A stretch of DNA of 64,000 nt from an uncultured Calditrichaceae bacterium (GTDB lineage Bacteria; Calditrichota; Calditrichia; Calditrichales; J004): contig CAYWBI010000001.1 in the NCBI GenBank assembly GCA_964456445.1, positions 49,593-113,592 of the forward strand. The letters are read 5' to 3'. Under the pieces are notes generated by a model that was not told the origin of the DNA, searched no databases, and worked only from the letters and a program-made list of their open reading frames with translations. Each line of letters begins with the position of its first letter. Positions within the stretch are counted from its first letter, which is position 1. Positions 51,301-61,200 of the stretch are shown here, piece after piece. Position numbers and translations under genes: made by a program.

Positions 51301-54300
51301 ACCGTCGCGGGCTGCCGGATGTAAACCTGAAAAAGGACAGACCAAAAACACGGTTTGTTTCGCCACGGAACCGGTTGGAAGCCCATCTGGCAGAACTTTG
51401 GCGGGAAATACTTGGCGTAAAGACCCTTAGTATGTACGATAACTTTTTTGATATCGGTGGCAACTCGTTAAAAGCCGCAGTACTTATAAACCGCCTGCAG
51501 GAGGAAGTGGATAAAAAGCTGCATGTAGGTATGGTTTTCCAGGCCCCGCGCATTGCCGAGTTTGCCATGTTTGCCCAGGAATATTTTACCGAAGAAGTAC
51601 TTAAAAATTTTGGGGATTCAGCAGTTGGAGCGGTTGACGACTCTTTTAAGGTCATGGCTATCTCAGCTGAGTCCAAAATTAAAAATGCGGATATTCAGGC
51701 CTTCCGTCAAATTGTGTTTCCGTTGCAAAAACGCAAAAAGGAACCAACGCATCTAACAAAAAACAAACCGGCAATCTTTATTCTTTCTCCCCCGCGTTCA
51801 GGGTCAACGTTATTGCGGATTATGCTGGCCGGTAACCCCGTCCTTTTTTCTCCTCCGGAATTGGATTTGCTCTCATTTAACACCATAGGCGAACGTCGCC
51901 GTTTTTTTGAAGAACAGGGATTGCCTCTCTGGTTGGAAGCTACGACCCATGCCATCAAGGAAATCCAGCACACTTCCCTTGCTGAAGCCGAACGGATCAT
52001 GCGGGATATTGAGGACAAGGATATCACGGTTAAGGATTTTTACCACCTTCTGCAGAATGGATTAAAACAAAAAATACTAGTGGACAAAACACCATCCTAT
52101 GCGATTGATCCGGCAGCCCTACAGCGTGCCGAGGAAGATTTTGAGCAACCTCTTTATGTGCACCTTGCACGTCATCCCTATGCCATGATTTATTCTTTTA
52201 TCGAAGCCAAGCTCGATAAGAATTTTTTTAAATTCCCGCACAAATTTACCCGGCAGCAATTGGCCGAATTGATTTGGCTGAACAGTCATCAAAATATTTT
52301 GGATTTTCTAAAAGACATCCCCGATGAACGCCATGTGTTTTTACGTTTTGAGGACCTGCTTTTTAAACCTGAAGCGGAAATACGGCGACTCACTGAATTT
52401 CTGGGCGTCCCTTTTACTGCCGATATGCTTAAACCCTACCAGGGTAGAAAAATGACGGAGGGGTTAAAGCAGGGTTCACAGATGGTGGGCGATTTTAAAT
52501 TTTATCTGCACCAGAACATCAATAATAAAGTGGCCGGGAAATGGCGCGGCTTTCATAAACATGATTTCCTGTGTGAACAATCGGAAATTTTGGCCGGAAA
52601 TTTTGGATACGAAACCCATACCCGGAGTAAAGCGATTGCAGAAAACACCGACATTCAAAAGATAGAACAGGCTCCGCGGCAAACCTATATGCCGCTCTCC
52701 TTTGCCCAGCAACGGCTCTGGTTTATTGATCAACTGGAACCTGGCAGCACCCAATACAATGTTCCAGGGGCTATCTATATAAACGGCAATGTTGACGCCC
52801 GCTTATTGGAAAAAAGTATTGCCCTTCTCGTAGAGCGCCATGAAATCCTTCGAACGACCTTTCATACCATCGAAGGAAAAGGCATGCAAAAAATACATGC
52901 GGAATATCAACCTGTATTGATTCAGCATGATTTAAGAACGCTTCCTACGGAGCAAAAGGATGTTGCCGCACAGGGTTTAATCGATACTTTGTCCAAAACG
53001 GTTTTTAAACTAAACGAATTACCGATCCTCAAAATAATGCTGGTCCGATTGAAGGAGAACGAATATATTTTTGCCCTTGTTGCACACCACATTATAACTG
53101 ACGGTTGGTCAAACGGGATTATTATCCGTGAAGCGAGCCATTATTATGATCTGTTAATTGAAGAAAAATCCGTCGTAACGCCCGCTCTTGCACTTCAATA
53201 TGTGGATATTGCCGTGTGGCAACGGGAATGGATCAACGGCAACCAGGCAGGGCAACAATTGAATTTCTGGAAAAAAGAGTTGAAAGGGGCGCCGCCTTTG
53301 TTGGACATTCCCACGGATTTTCCGAGAAAAGCGAACAATGCCCCTGTCGGTAAACGACTTTATTTTGAACTTGGCGAAGCCATATCCCAAAAAGTACGTA
53401 CCTGTTGTAACCGGCAAGGTACCACATCCTTTGTAGTACTGATGGCCGCCTTTCAAACCTTAATGCACCATTATGCCGCCCAGCAGGAGGTGTTGATCGG
53501 CACGCCTGTCGCCGGTCGGACCCAACAAGCGATGGAAGGCCTGATCGGTTTTTTTGTTAACACAATTGTACAAAGGACCCAATTTAAACCGGGCGCCACC
53601 TTCAGGGATATCCTGGACCAGGTACGGGACAAGGCCGCGAGAATATTAAACCATCAGGATTACCCCTTTGAAAAATTGCTTGAGGCCCTGAATGTGCAGC
53701 GCAGCCTGGAACATGCCCCGCTGTTTCAGGTGATGTTTTCTATGCAGGAGGATGATATATGTGCCTTTAGTAAAAACTTTGCAACCAGGCCCTACCGTAC
53801 GGATAGCGGAACAGCTAAATTTGATCTGTTGCTGGAATTATTTGACAGTAACTCGATCCGTGGTGCATTTGAATACAATACTTCTTTATTCCGTGCAGAG
53901 ACAATCAAACGACTTAAAGATCATTTTGAACGCTTGCTAATAATTTTAACTACTCAAATGGACATACCGATTGCAGAGATCAATTTTATCGGACCCCATG
54001 AAGAAGAGCTACTGACACACAAGTGGAACGATACGGCCCTTGATTTTCCCAATGGTCAAACCGTTCCTCAGCAGATCATGGAACAAGCGCGCAAAAGGCC
54101 CGGGGCGCCCGCACTGACCTTTGAGGGGCATACGTTCTTGTACGCGGAATTTAATCAAAAGGTTAACCAATGGGCGCATCTGCTTGTGGAGAACGGCGTG
54201 CAACGCGAGCAGCGGGTGGCGGTTTGTCTGGAACGCTCGGATAACATGGTACTGGCCCTAAATGCCGTCATGCGCTGTGGTGGCGTTTATGTGCCCCTGG

Positions 54301-57239
54301 ACCCCGGTCATCCTGTGGACCGTACAACCTTTATGCTTCAGGATTCCGGTGCGCGGACAGTGATAACCACCACCAATCTTGCAGATAAATTTGAAAACCA
54401 GGAGATAAGAATCATTTTCATGGATAGCGCAGATGTTGATAAACAACCATCCAGCGACCCGACGATTGACTTTGACCTTGATCAACTGGCCTATATGATC
54501 TACACCTCCGGTTCTACCGGCAAGCCCAAAGGGACCCTGCTTACACACCGCGGTTTCTTAAATCGCCTGCAATGGATGCAACAGGCCTACCCTCTGGGGC
54601 CGGGCGAAACGGTCCTGCAGAAAACACCTTTTAGTTTTGATGTTTCTGTTTGGGAATTCTTTTGGCCTTTTATGTTTGGGGCACGTTTGGTGGTTGCCCG
54701 CGACGGCGGACACAAGGATACAGCCTATCTCACGGACTTGATCCGACGGGAAAATGTTACGACCATGCATTTTGTACCGCCCATGTTAAAGGTTTTTCTG
54801 GAAGAGCGTAATGCCGGGGCATGTACAAGCCTGAAAAATGTGGTCTGTTCCGGTGAAGCCCTTCCCTATGCCCTGAGCCGGGAATTTTATAAAACCCTGC
54901 CCACCGCCCGTTTGCATAACCTTTACGGCCCTACGGAAGCTTCTGTTGATGTGAGTCATTATACCTGTCCTGTTGAACGGGAAGACGGTAAATTACCCAT
55001 TGGACGGCCAATTGCCAATACTCTGTTGTATGTTTTGAATCCTGCTTTAAAACCGGTGCCTGTTGGTGTAAGGGGGGAATTGCATATTGGAGGCGTGCAA
55101 CTGGCGCGCGGCTATGCCAACCGCCCGGATCTTACCGCGGAAAAATTTATTCCCGATCCCTTTGGGAAGGTACCCGGCGCCCGGTTATATAAAACCGGCG
55201 ATGTGTGCCGCTTTCTTCCAACTGGTGAAATCGAGTATATAGGACGTATGGACCATCAGGTGAAAGTGCGTGGCTTCCGCATTGAATTGGGTGAAATTGA
55301 ATCCGCTCTGCGTAAAGGTCCAGGCGTAGAAGATTGTACCGTACAGGTTCGTCCTTTCGGAAGTCAAGAAAAGGCATTGGTTGCATATGTCGTAAGCAAG
55401 GAACAGCAGCCATCCCAGGCAACCCTAAAAGATGCGTTAAAGAAAAACCTCCCGGATTATATGGTACCTTCTGCCTGGCTTTTTATAGATAAAATTCCAC
55501 TCACGGCAAATGGAAAAATTGATCGGGAATCCTTGCCAAATCCTGCCGACCTTGGACGGAACCAATTGGAAAATGCCTATCTTGCACCCCGCAATGATCG
55601 GGAAAAGCAGCTGTCCGATTTGTGGATGAAAGTGTTGAAGCTGGATAAAGTGGGCGTTAGGGACAACTTTTTTGAATTGGGTGGTGATTCCATTGTGGGG
55701 ATTCAACTTATTTCCGCCTCGGCCAGGGATGGACTCACTTTTACACCCCGGGAACTATTTGAGAATCCGACCATCGAAGGGCTGGCGACTATTGCCCGTG
55801 AAGGGGTGGCGATCCATGCCGAGCAGCAACCAATCACAGGGGAAGTAGAATTAACCCCGATTCTGCTCTGGTTTAAACAACTCGATCTGCCGCAACGCGC
55901 ACACTGGAACCAATCCATAATGCTTAAAAGCCAAGCCGCCCTCAAGCCGGATATTCTCCAAGGAGTGGCCAACACGTTATATGCCCATCACGATATGCTG
56001 CGCTTATATTGGGATGATGGAAGCCCCATGATAGCAACACAGACGACGGAGGCACCCCTTTTTGAATATCAGGATTTGCGCCGCTTAAACCTGGATGAGC
56101 AGAAATCCAGCATGAAAAAAATTGTTGAAAAAACCCAAAGCGGACATGATCTGCAAAGGGGGCCCTTGTTTAAAATCCTTTATTTCTCCCTGGACAGTGC
56201 TATTGGTGACCGTTTATTTATTAGCATCCATCATACCGTTATTGATGCGGTTTCGTGGCGGGTGCTGCTGGAGGATTTGCAACTGGCTTATGCACGGTTT
56301 AGCGAAGAAAAACCGCTAACTTTACCGGCCAAGACCACTTCCTTTGCTTACTATGCGAAACGTTTAAAGGAATATGCCCGCACCACGGATTGGGGAAAGG
56401 AAATGAAATTTTGGCAAAATTTTATCGGGCAAGAGGCAGCTTCGTTAAAGATGTTGAAAACGGGTAAAAATTTGCAAAAAGACCGCATACATATTGACAT
56501 TAAATTGAATATAGAACAAACAGCCAACCTACAACGCGTGGTACCGGAAACCTATAATACCAGAGTTGTCGAAAATTTATTGACAGCGTTATTCATCGCC
56601 TGGAAAAACCTTAAGGGCACAAACAGCTTACTGATCGATATGGAAGGGCATGGACGCGAAGCTTTATTTGAAGAAGTTGACCTGGCCCGCACCGTGGGAT
56701 GGTTTACATCGCTTTTTCCCGTACATTTGCATACATCAGAGTCGGACTTGGGTGAAGTGATCAAGTCCCTTAAAGAAGAAATACGTGCTATTCCTGAGAA
56801 TGGGATCAATTATGGATTGTTGAGGTTTTTGGCGCCAGAGACCGTCCGTAAGGAGATAGAAAAATTGCCCAGCGCCGGGATATTGTTTAATTACCTGGGA
56901 CAGTTTGAACAAGATGAAGCCATGAAAAGCCGCTTTGAAATGAAACCGGGGGAAACCGGCGCCGACATTGGTGCTGAAAACAGAAACAGCCATCTGCTTG
57001 AAATTACATCCAGTATTGTTAATGGTGTTTTTAACATAACCTTTAATTTTTGTCCCGATAGCGTGAGTGAAAGTTTTATTGTTCAATTTGCCGATAAAAC
57101 CGTCCAGGCTTTAGATCAAATAATCGAGCACAGCTTAAGCGGCGAAAGCGGAGGATATACACCTTCTGACTTTTCAGCGATGGAGGTTGACCAGGAAGAG
57201 TTAGATGATATTTTATCCGAATTGGATGATTTGGAATGA
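48345..57239 (+). CDS. NRPS: C-A(Ser)-PCP-ST-C-A(Ser)-PCP-E
   Basis: 2964 aa. C1 HHIVADGWS. A1 AYMIYTSGSTGKPKGT, code DVWHVSLVDK. PCP1 FFDIGGNSL (Ser codon 51465-51467). Sulfotransferase region (see separate feature). C2 HHIITDGWS (53085). A2 code DVWHVSLVDK. PCP2 FFELGGDSIVG (the GGDSI form typical before E domains). E domain HHTVIDAVSWRVL (56229). Confidence 0.95.
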   Translation: MSDISAKLKNLSPEQRELLLKKLQARKKTAGDGQDTIAPRPDPDRFPVSYAQERLWFFDQLAPGSSLYNISAAVKFKGPLETDLLEQSINAVVQRHEILQVYFETEKGAPLQKKAGQASIGLSVEDIGDLPLGELAAIEAQTPFDLSRAPLLRARLIKVDEQAHALLLTIHHIVADGWSMGVFINETARYYRALQGDGQKPAPLKIQYFDYAWWQKNKSDKAKMARQLDFWADELKGMPTLLELPFDRSREGVQSFRGRHHIFQISPKTTAALRALSRKSGVTTFITLLAAFQTLLYRYSNQNDFGLGIPIANRNKKELEALIGFFVNTLVIRAEIDGSLSFSDFLKQVKTRAFKAYDNQDVPFEQVVEKVQPQRNNQIAPLFQVMFELQGDALSGLNFGDLELKTIDFETGTAKFDLLLIMEEGRETLKGVLEYNADLFTAETVERMMRHFAYLLDQIAQAPDTHLDKIGLLPPEEEQNILLRWNQTAADYPKSPFIHQYTAQFALSNPDHPALLSAQGTFTYRQFEERGNQLAHYLVSHGIGRDDRVGVCMDRSAEMVIALHGILKAGAAYVPFDPRHPAERRRFMLDDSGARLILTQAHLLDLFKGSSIHAVVLDASFALIESLPVTPPVVDIDGDQLAYMIYTSGSTGKPKGTFLAHKSILNRLIWMQESYGLTMKDVVLQKTPFSFDVSVWEFFWPFMQGATLAIAREEGHKDSAYLTETVRQYGVTTLHFVPPMLKVFLEDRDSKKCISLKRVVCSGEALPYALSEQFYKTLPNAVLYNLYGPTEAAVDVTAYTCPRDRDDKKLPIGSPIANTQIYILDPALNPVPVGVGGELYIAGVQLARGYANRPGLTAEKFIADPYAKSPGSRMYKTGDLCRYLPGGEIEYLGRIDHQVKLRGFRIELGEIEAVLRGHPAIKDCIVLVRGTDMEKAIIAWYIPEEGQSPVPEDLRQYIIRHMPEYMAPNFFIPLDAFPLTSNGKLDRRGLPDVNLKKDRPKTRFVSPRNRLEAHLAELWREILGVKTLSMYDNFFDIGGNSLKAAVLINRLQEEVDKKLHVGMVFQAPRIAEFAMFAQEYFTEEVLKNFGDSAVGAVDDSFKVMAISAESKIKNADIQAFRQIVFPLQKRKKEPTHLTKNKPAIFILSPPRSGSTLLRIMLAGNPVLFSPPELDLLSFNTIGERRRFFEEQGLPLWLEATTHAIKEIQHTSLAEAERIMRDIEDKDITVKDFYHLLQNGLKQKILVDKTPSYAIDPAALQRAEEDFEQPLYVHLARHPYAMIYSFIEAKLDKNFFKFPHKFTRQQLAELIWLNSHQNILDFLKDIPDERHVFLRFEDLLFKPEAEIRRLTEFLGVPFTADMLKPYQGRKMTEGLKQGSQMVGDFKFYLHQNINNKVAGKWRGFHKHDFLCEQSEILAGNFGYETHTRSKAIAENTDIQKIEQAPRQTYMPLSFAQQRLWFIDQLEPGSTQYNVPGAIYINGNVDARLLEKSIALLVERHEILRTTFHTIEGKGMQKIHAEYQPVLIQHDLRTLPTEQKDVAAQGLIDTLSKTVFKLNELPILKIMLVRLKENEYIFALVAHHIITDGWSNGIIIREASHYYDLLIEEKSVVTPALALQYVDIAVWQREWINGNQAGQQLNFWKKELKGAPPLLDIPTDFPRKANNAPVGKRLYFELGEAISQKVRTCCNRQGTTSFVVLMAAFQTLMHHYAAQQEVLIGTPVAGRTQQAMEGLIGFFVNTIVQRTQFKPGATFRDILDQVRDKAARILNHQDYPFEKLLEALNVQRSLEHAPLFQVMFSMQEDDICAFSKNFATRPYRTDSGTAKFDLLLELFDSNSIRGAFEYNTSLFRAETIKRLKDHFERLLIILTTQMDIPIAEINFIGPHEEELLTHKWNDTALDFPNGQTVPQQIMEQARKRPGAPALTFEGHTFLYAEFNQKVNQWAHLLVENGVQREQRVAVCLERSDNMVLALNAVMRCGGVYVPLDPGHPVDRTTFMLQDSGARTVITTTNLADKFENQEIRIIFMDSADVDKQPSSDPTIDFDLDQLAYMIYTSGSTGKPKGTLLTHRGFLNRLQWMQQAYPLGPGETVLQKTPFSFDVSVWEFFWPFMFGARLVVARDGGHKDTAYLTDLIRRENVTTMHFVPPMLKVFLEERNAGACTSLKNVVCSGEALPYALSREFYKTLPTARLHNLYGPTEASVDVSHYTCPVEREDGKLPIGRPIANTLLYVLNPALKPVPVGVRGELHIGGVQLARGYANRPDLTAEKFIPDPFGKVPGARLYKTGDVCRFLPTGEIEYIGRMDHQVKVRGFRIELGEIESALRKGPGVEDCTVQVRPFGSQEKALVAYVVSKEQQPSQATLKDALKKNLPDYMVPSAWLFIDKIPLTANGKIDRESLPNPADLGRNQLENAYLAPRNDREKQLSDLWMKVLKLDKVGVRDNFFELGGDSIVGIQLISASARDGLTFTPRELFENPTIEGLATIAREGVAIHAEQQPITGEVELTPILLWFKQLDLPQRAHWNQSIMLKSQAALKPDILQGVANTLYAHHDMLRLYWDDGSPMIATQTTEAPLFEYQDLRRLNLDEQKSSMKKIVEKTQSGHDLQRGPLFKILYFSLDSAIGDRLFISIHHTVIDAVSWRVLLEDLQLAYARFSEEKPLTLPAKTTSFAYYAKRLKEYARTTDWGKEMKFWQNFIGQEAASLKMLKTGKNLQKDRIHIDIKLNIEQTANLQRVVPETYNTRVVENLLTALFIAWKNLKGTNSLLIDMEGHGREALFEEVDLARTVGWFTSLFPVHLHTSESDLGEVIKSLKEEIRAIPENGINYGLLRFLAPETVRKEIEKLPSAGILFNYLGQFEQDEAMKSRFEMKPGETGADIGAENRNSHLLEITSSIVNGVFNITFNFCPDSVSESFIVQFADKTVQALDQIIEHSLSGESGGYTPSDFSAMEVDQEELDDILSELDDLE
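51740..52620 (+). other. Embedded sulfotransferase domain (CurM/Ols 'activating ST'-like) between PCP1 and C2
   Basis: KPAIFILSPPRSGSTLLRIMLAGNPVLFSPPELDLLSFNT (PAPS 5'-phosphosulfate-binding loop PRSGST at 51789-51809), LVDKTPSYA, YVHLARHPYAMIYSF and GDFKFYLHQNINNKVAGKWR. These four blocks parallel the CurM ST domain blocks as I remember them. Borders are approximate. Confidence 0.8.
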
Positions 57240-58186
57240 AAACAGGAAAAAATATGGCAAGACCGGTTTTAATTTCAGGATTGCAACGCTCAGGTACAAC
57301 CTGGACGGCCCGCATGTTAACCCTTTCGGATGAGATGTTCTATGTTTTGGAACCTTTTAATATCCTGCGTGACCCCATTCATCTGATTGGAGCGGGCACC
57401 AACTTCCCCTATTTCCAGGAGGTTGATTCGGAACGATATGTCAAAATAAGAAGCGGACTCGGCTTGAGTTTCACAAAGGATGAATTAAGGGTTTTTATGA
57501 AACAATCCCCTTCTCCCAAGTACCATCTGTACCATATAGTACGCTACCTTAGCTTAAACAGGCGTTTGAATAAAGGGATGAAACCGGTGATACAGGACCC
57601 TTTCGCTGTTTTTATGGCACCCTGGCTCAGTCATAATTTGGGAATTTTACCCCTGTTTCTGTTCCGCCACCCCGCTGCCTATATCAACAGCATGAAACGT
57701 ATGAAGTGGGGTTTTAATTTTGCCTGGCTTGCCGATCAGGAAGAATTGATGGATGAATACTTATCTGATTTTAGCGATGATATACGTAAATGGGCCGGGG
57801 AAGAATTCATTCCTTTTTCTATTGAAACACAATGTCTGGTCTGGAATATATTTACCAGCGTTATTTTACGTTACTCCAAGGAACACAGCAACTGGCTTTT
57901 TTATCGACATGAAGATTTATCGATGAATCCCATGACGTTGTTTTATAAAATATATGCAGAAATTGGAATTGACATGAATCAAACAATTATGCGGAAAATT
58001 GAAAAATTTACTGGCAGCGGCAATCCTGCCACGGCACGCGATGGTAAAATGCACAGTTTAAAACGCAATAGCAGGGAAAATATAAAAAATTGGCAAAAGC
58101 AATTAAGCGTTGATGAAATCAATCAAATACATCATTTAACCGCAGCTTTTTCCAATCCACTTTACTCCGAGGACGAGTGGCATTAA
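57236..58186 (+). CDS. Stand-alone sulfotransferase
   Basis: 316 aa with PSB-loop-like ISGLQRSGTTWTARML, a mid-protein FRHPAAYINS block and a C-terminal KRNSRENIKNWQKQLS block (cf. RKG..GDWK..F of PAPS-dependent STs). The ATG overlaps the upstream TGA (ATGA, 57236-57239). Confidence 0.75.
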   Translation: MKTGKNMARPVLISGLQRSGTTWTARMLTLSDEMFYVLEPFNILRDPIHLIGAGTNFPYFQEVDSERYVKIRSGLGLSFTKDELRVFMKQSPSPKYHLYHIVRYLSLNRRLNKGMKPVIQDPFAVFMAPWLSHNLGILPLFLFRHPAAYINSMKRMKWGFNFAWLADQEELMDEYLSDFSDDIRKWAGEEFIPFSIETQCLVWNIFTSVILRYSKEHSNWLFYRHEDLSMNPMTLFYKIYAEIGIDMNQTIMRKIEKFTGSGNPATARDGKMHSLKRNSRENIKNWQKQLSVDEINQIHHLTAAFSNPLYSEDEWH

Positions 58187-58238
58187 ATATTTAGGATAAG
58201 CGCCGTAAAATTAAAGGAAAATTTGCAAAATTTAAATT

Positions 58239-61200
58239 ATGAGTAAAAAACCAACGCAACATAAAAACATTGAAGACATATATCCCTTATCACCTATGCA
58301 ACAGGGGATGTTATTTCATAAGCTGCTGGAACCGGAAAGCCCGACCTATAACGAGCTCATGTACTTTAAGCTGCGAGGGCCTATTGAACCGCAGGTTTTT
58401 AGAAACGCCCTGCGCGCGCTCGTACGGCGCCATTCGGTTCTGCGGACCGCTTTTATTTATAAAAAAAGTGAAAAGCTCTTACAGGTCGTCCACAAAGAAG
58501 TGGAGTTGCCAGTGCTCATGGATGATTGGCGCGATAAAACATCAGAAGAACAATCCATTGGCTTTAAAATACTGTTGGATAAAGATCGAAAAAAAGGTTT
58601 TAATTTATCCAAAGCGCCCTTATTGCGCCTGCATCTTCTTAGATTAGAAGATGATTTATGGCAGGTGCTTTGGAGTAATCATCATCTGATCCTTGACGGT
58701 TGGTCGAATCCCATTCTGCTAAAAGAATTGTTCATCTTATATGAAACCGGGCTAAAAGGGCTGGAAGCACCCTTACCGCCCGCCCGTCCCTTCAAGGAAT
58801 ATATTTTATGGTTACAAAAGCAGGATAAAGAAAAGGCCAATGTTTTTTGGAAAGATTTTTTGCAAGAGTTTTCCGTTCCAACTCCTTTTAATGTGGATAA
58901 ACTGCCAAATCAGCGAAAATCAATGGATCGTTATGGAAAACAGCAGTTCCGTTTAAATCGTACTGAAACGGCACGTATAAAAGCCACAGCAAGGAAAGAG
59001 AACCTAACCGTCAACAGCATGGTGCAGGGTGCCTGGGCCCTTTTGCTGCATCATTACAGTCGCGAAAATCAAATCGTTTTTGGCGCAACGGTTTCTGGAA
59101 GACCCGCTGAAATAACCGATATTCAAAATATGGTTGGGTTATTTATAAACACCTTGCCGCTTTGTGTAAATATTGATCCACAAAAATCGACAAACACCTG
59201 GTTAAAAGAAGTGCAGCGGATGGCCGTGCTGTTACGGGATTTTGAATACAGCGCGCTGGCCGATGTGCAAAAACAAAGCGCAATTGATTCCGGCCCCCTG
59301 TTTGAAAGCATTCTGGTATTTGAAAATTATCCGGTTGAAGAAGAAATGGGCCGTCAAAAAACAAGTCTTACCCTTTCGGATTTTGGCGTTTATGAACAAA
59401 CCAATTTTCCGCTTACACTTCTTGTTGCCGCCGATGAGGAAATCATTATCGATGCCTCCTATCAGCCGACCCGTTTTACAGAACCGGTTATTACCGATAT
59501 GTTGGGACATCTGCGCAATCTTCTTTTGTCCATGGCCCGCAACCCCGATCTTCCTTTAGGGCAACATAAAATTTTAAATCAGGAACAGGAAGAGTCCCTG
59601 CTAAAAATCAGTAAAGGCCCCCAACAGAATTATGATTCCACGGCTTTTATCCCTATTCAGTTTGAGCGCCAGGTGCGGGCGACACCTACACAAACAGTGC
59701 TGATTTTTGATGACCGGAAATGGAGCTATGACGCCCTGAACCGGGCGGTCAACCGGCTTGCCCGGGAGTTGATTCATGCTGGGATTAAAGCAGACCGGCG
59801 CGTGGCAGTCTATATGGAACGCTCGGCGGAAATGGTGCTTGCCCTTTATGCCATCATTAAAGCAGGCGCGGCATATGTGCCCATCGACCCTACCAATCCA
59901 ACGGACCGCATCCGCTTTATGTTGGAAGACAGCAAACCGGCATTGATCTTAACCCAGAAAAAATTTATCCAGGATATCAGGCAATCGGGGCACAAACATT
60001 TAATTGTCGATGTGGACAACCTGCCGGAACGCAGCGAAGATAACCCCAAACTGGATATTGCGCCCGATCAGGCGGCCTATATGATCTACACATCCGGTTC
60101 CACCGGTCGGCCCAAGGGCGCCATCTTGCCCCATAAGGCCATCCGCAACCGGCTGCAATGGATGCAGAATACCTACAAACTGGATGCAACAGATCGAATC
60201 CTGCAAAAAACGCCCTACACTTTTGATGTCTCGCTATGGGAATTCTTTTGGCCTCTGATGTACGGCGCCACCCTGGTGATGGCCCGCCCGGAGGGTCATA
60301 AGGATACCGCATATCTCGTGCAAACCATTCACGATCAGAAAATCACCACTTTGCATTTTGTACCACCCATGCTTCAGGTTTTTCTGGAAGCGCCGGGCGT
60401 TGGGACATGTGATTCCCTTAAACGGGTTATATGCAGCGGCGAGGCCCTGCCCGTTGATCTAAAGGAACGCTTTTATAAAAAACTGCACGCGGACTTCCAC
60501 AATTTATATGGCCCCACCGAGGCAGCGGTGGATGTTACAGCCTATGCCTGCACGCAAACGTTACAGAATAAGTTGTTGCCTATAGGAAAACCGATCGCCA
60601 ATACAAATATTTATGTCTTGGATGAACAGCTCCGCCCTGTGCCTGTAGGTGTGCCGGGAGAATTGTTTATTGGCGGAATTCAATTGGCGCGCGGCTATCA
60701 TTTGCGACCGGATCTGACCGCCGAAAAATTTATCCCCGATCCCTTTTCAAAAATACCCGGCGCGCGTATGTACCGCAGCGGCGACCTTGTAAGGCGGCTG
60801 CCCGGCGGCGACATCGATTATCTTTCACGTCTGGATTTTCAACTAAAAATCCGCGGTTTCCGCATCGAACTCGGTGAGATAGAGGCGAACCTTACAGCCC
60901 TTTCGGAAATACGCGAAGCGCTGGTCACCGTGTACGAACCGCAACCGGGCAACAAGCAATTGACGGCATATATAACCCCTGCAAACAGCGGGACGGTAAT
61001 TGATGCAGATAATATCCGCGCCGCCCTTTCCGCCAGTCTGCCGGATTATATGATCCCGGTGCATTTTATTACGCTGGAAAGCTTCCCGCTTACGCCCAAT
61101 GGGAAAATAGACCGCAAGGCGCTGCCCGCCCCCGAAGGCCCGGCGCCGGACACAGAAAGCTATGTGGCCCCCGGCACGGCCCTGGAAAAAGAAATACAAA

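Noticed and set aside
50990-51676. 228-aa minus-strand ORF, plus many other 60-140 aa antisense or off-frame ORFs inside the PKS/NRPS genes (e.g. 40752..41168, 45793..46176, 60843..61259, 34635..35039)
   Set aside because: They lie entirely inside long plus-strand ORFs with unambiguous PKS/NRPS motifs. Their translations are low-complexity and Arg/Ser/Pro/Gly-rich with no recognisable motifs. These are typical shadow ORFs of GC-richer coding sequence.
58270-59559. Track ORFs 58270..58647 (+) and 59242..59559 (+), which at first sight look like the only genes after the stand-alone sulfotransferase
   Set aside because: Both use TTG starts in the wrong frame. The real gene is the open-ended NRPS ORF from ATG 58239 (IEDIYPLSPMQQGMLFH, HHLILDGWS...), which the track omits because it has no stop within the window.
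60055-60125. An apparent compensating +1/-1 frameshift pair flanking the A3 core (AYMIYTSGSTGRPKGA) when I hand-translated across the line breaks at 60060/60120
   Set aside because: The ORF-track translation of the antisense ORF 60000..60206 (…GQDGALGPTGGTGCVDHIGRLIGRN…) back-translates to an intact in-frame A3 core. I treat the shift as my own reading error at the line boundaries, not a pseudogene. A simple six-frame translation would settle it.
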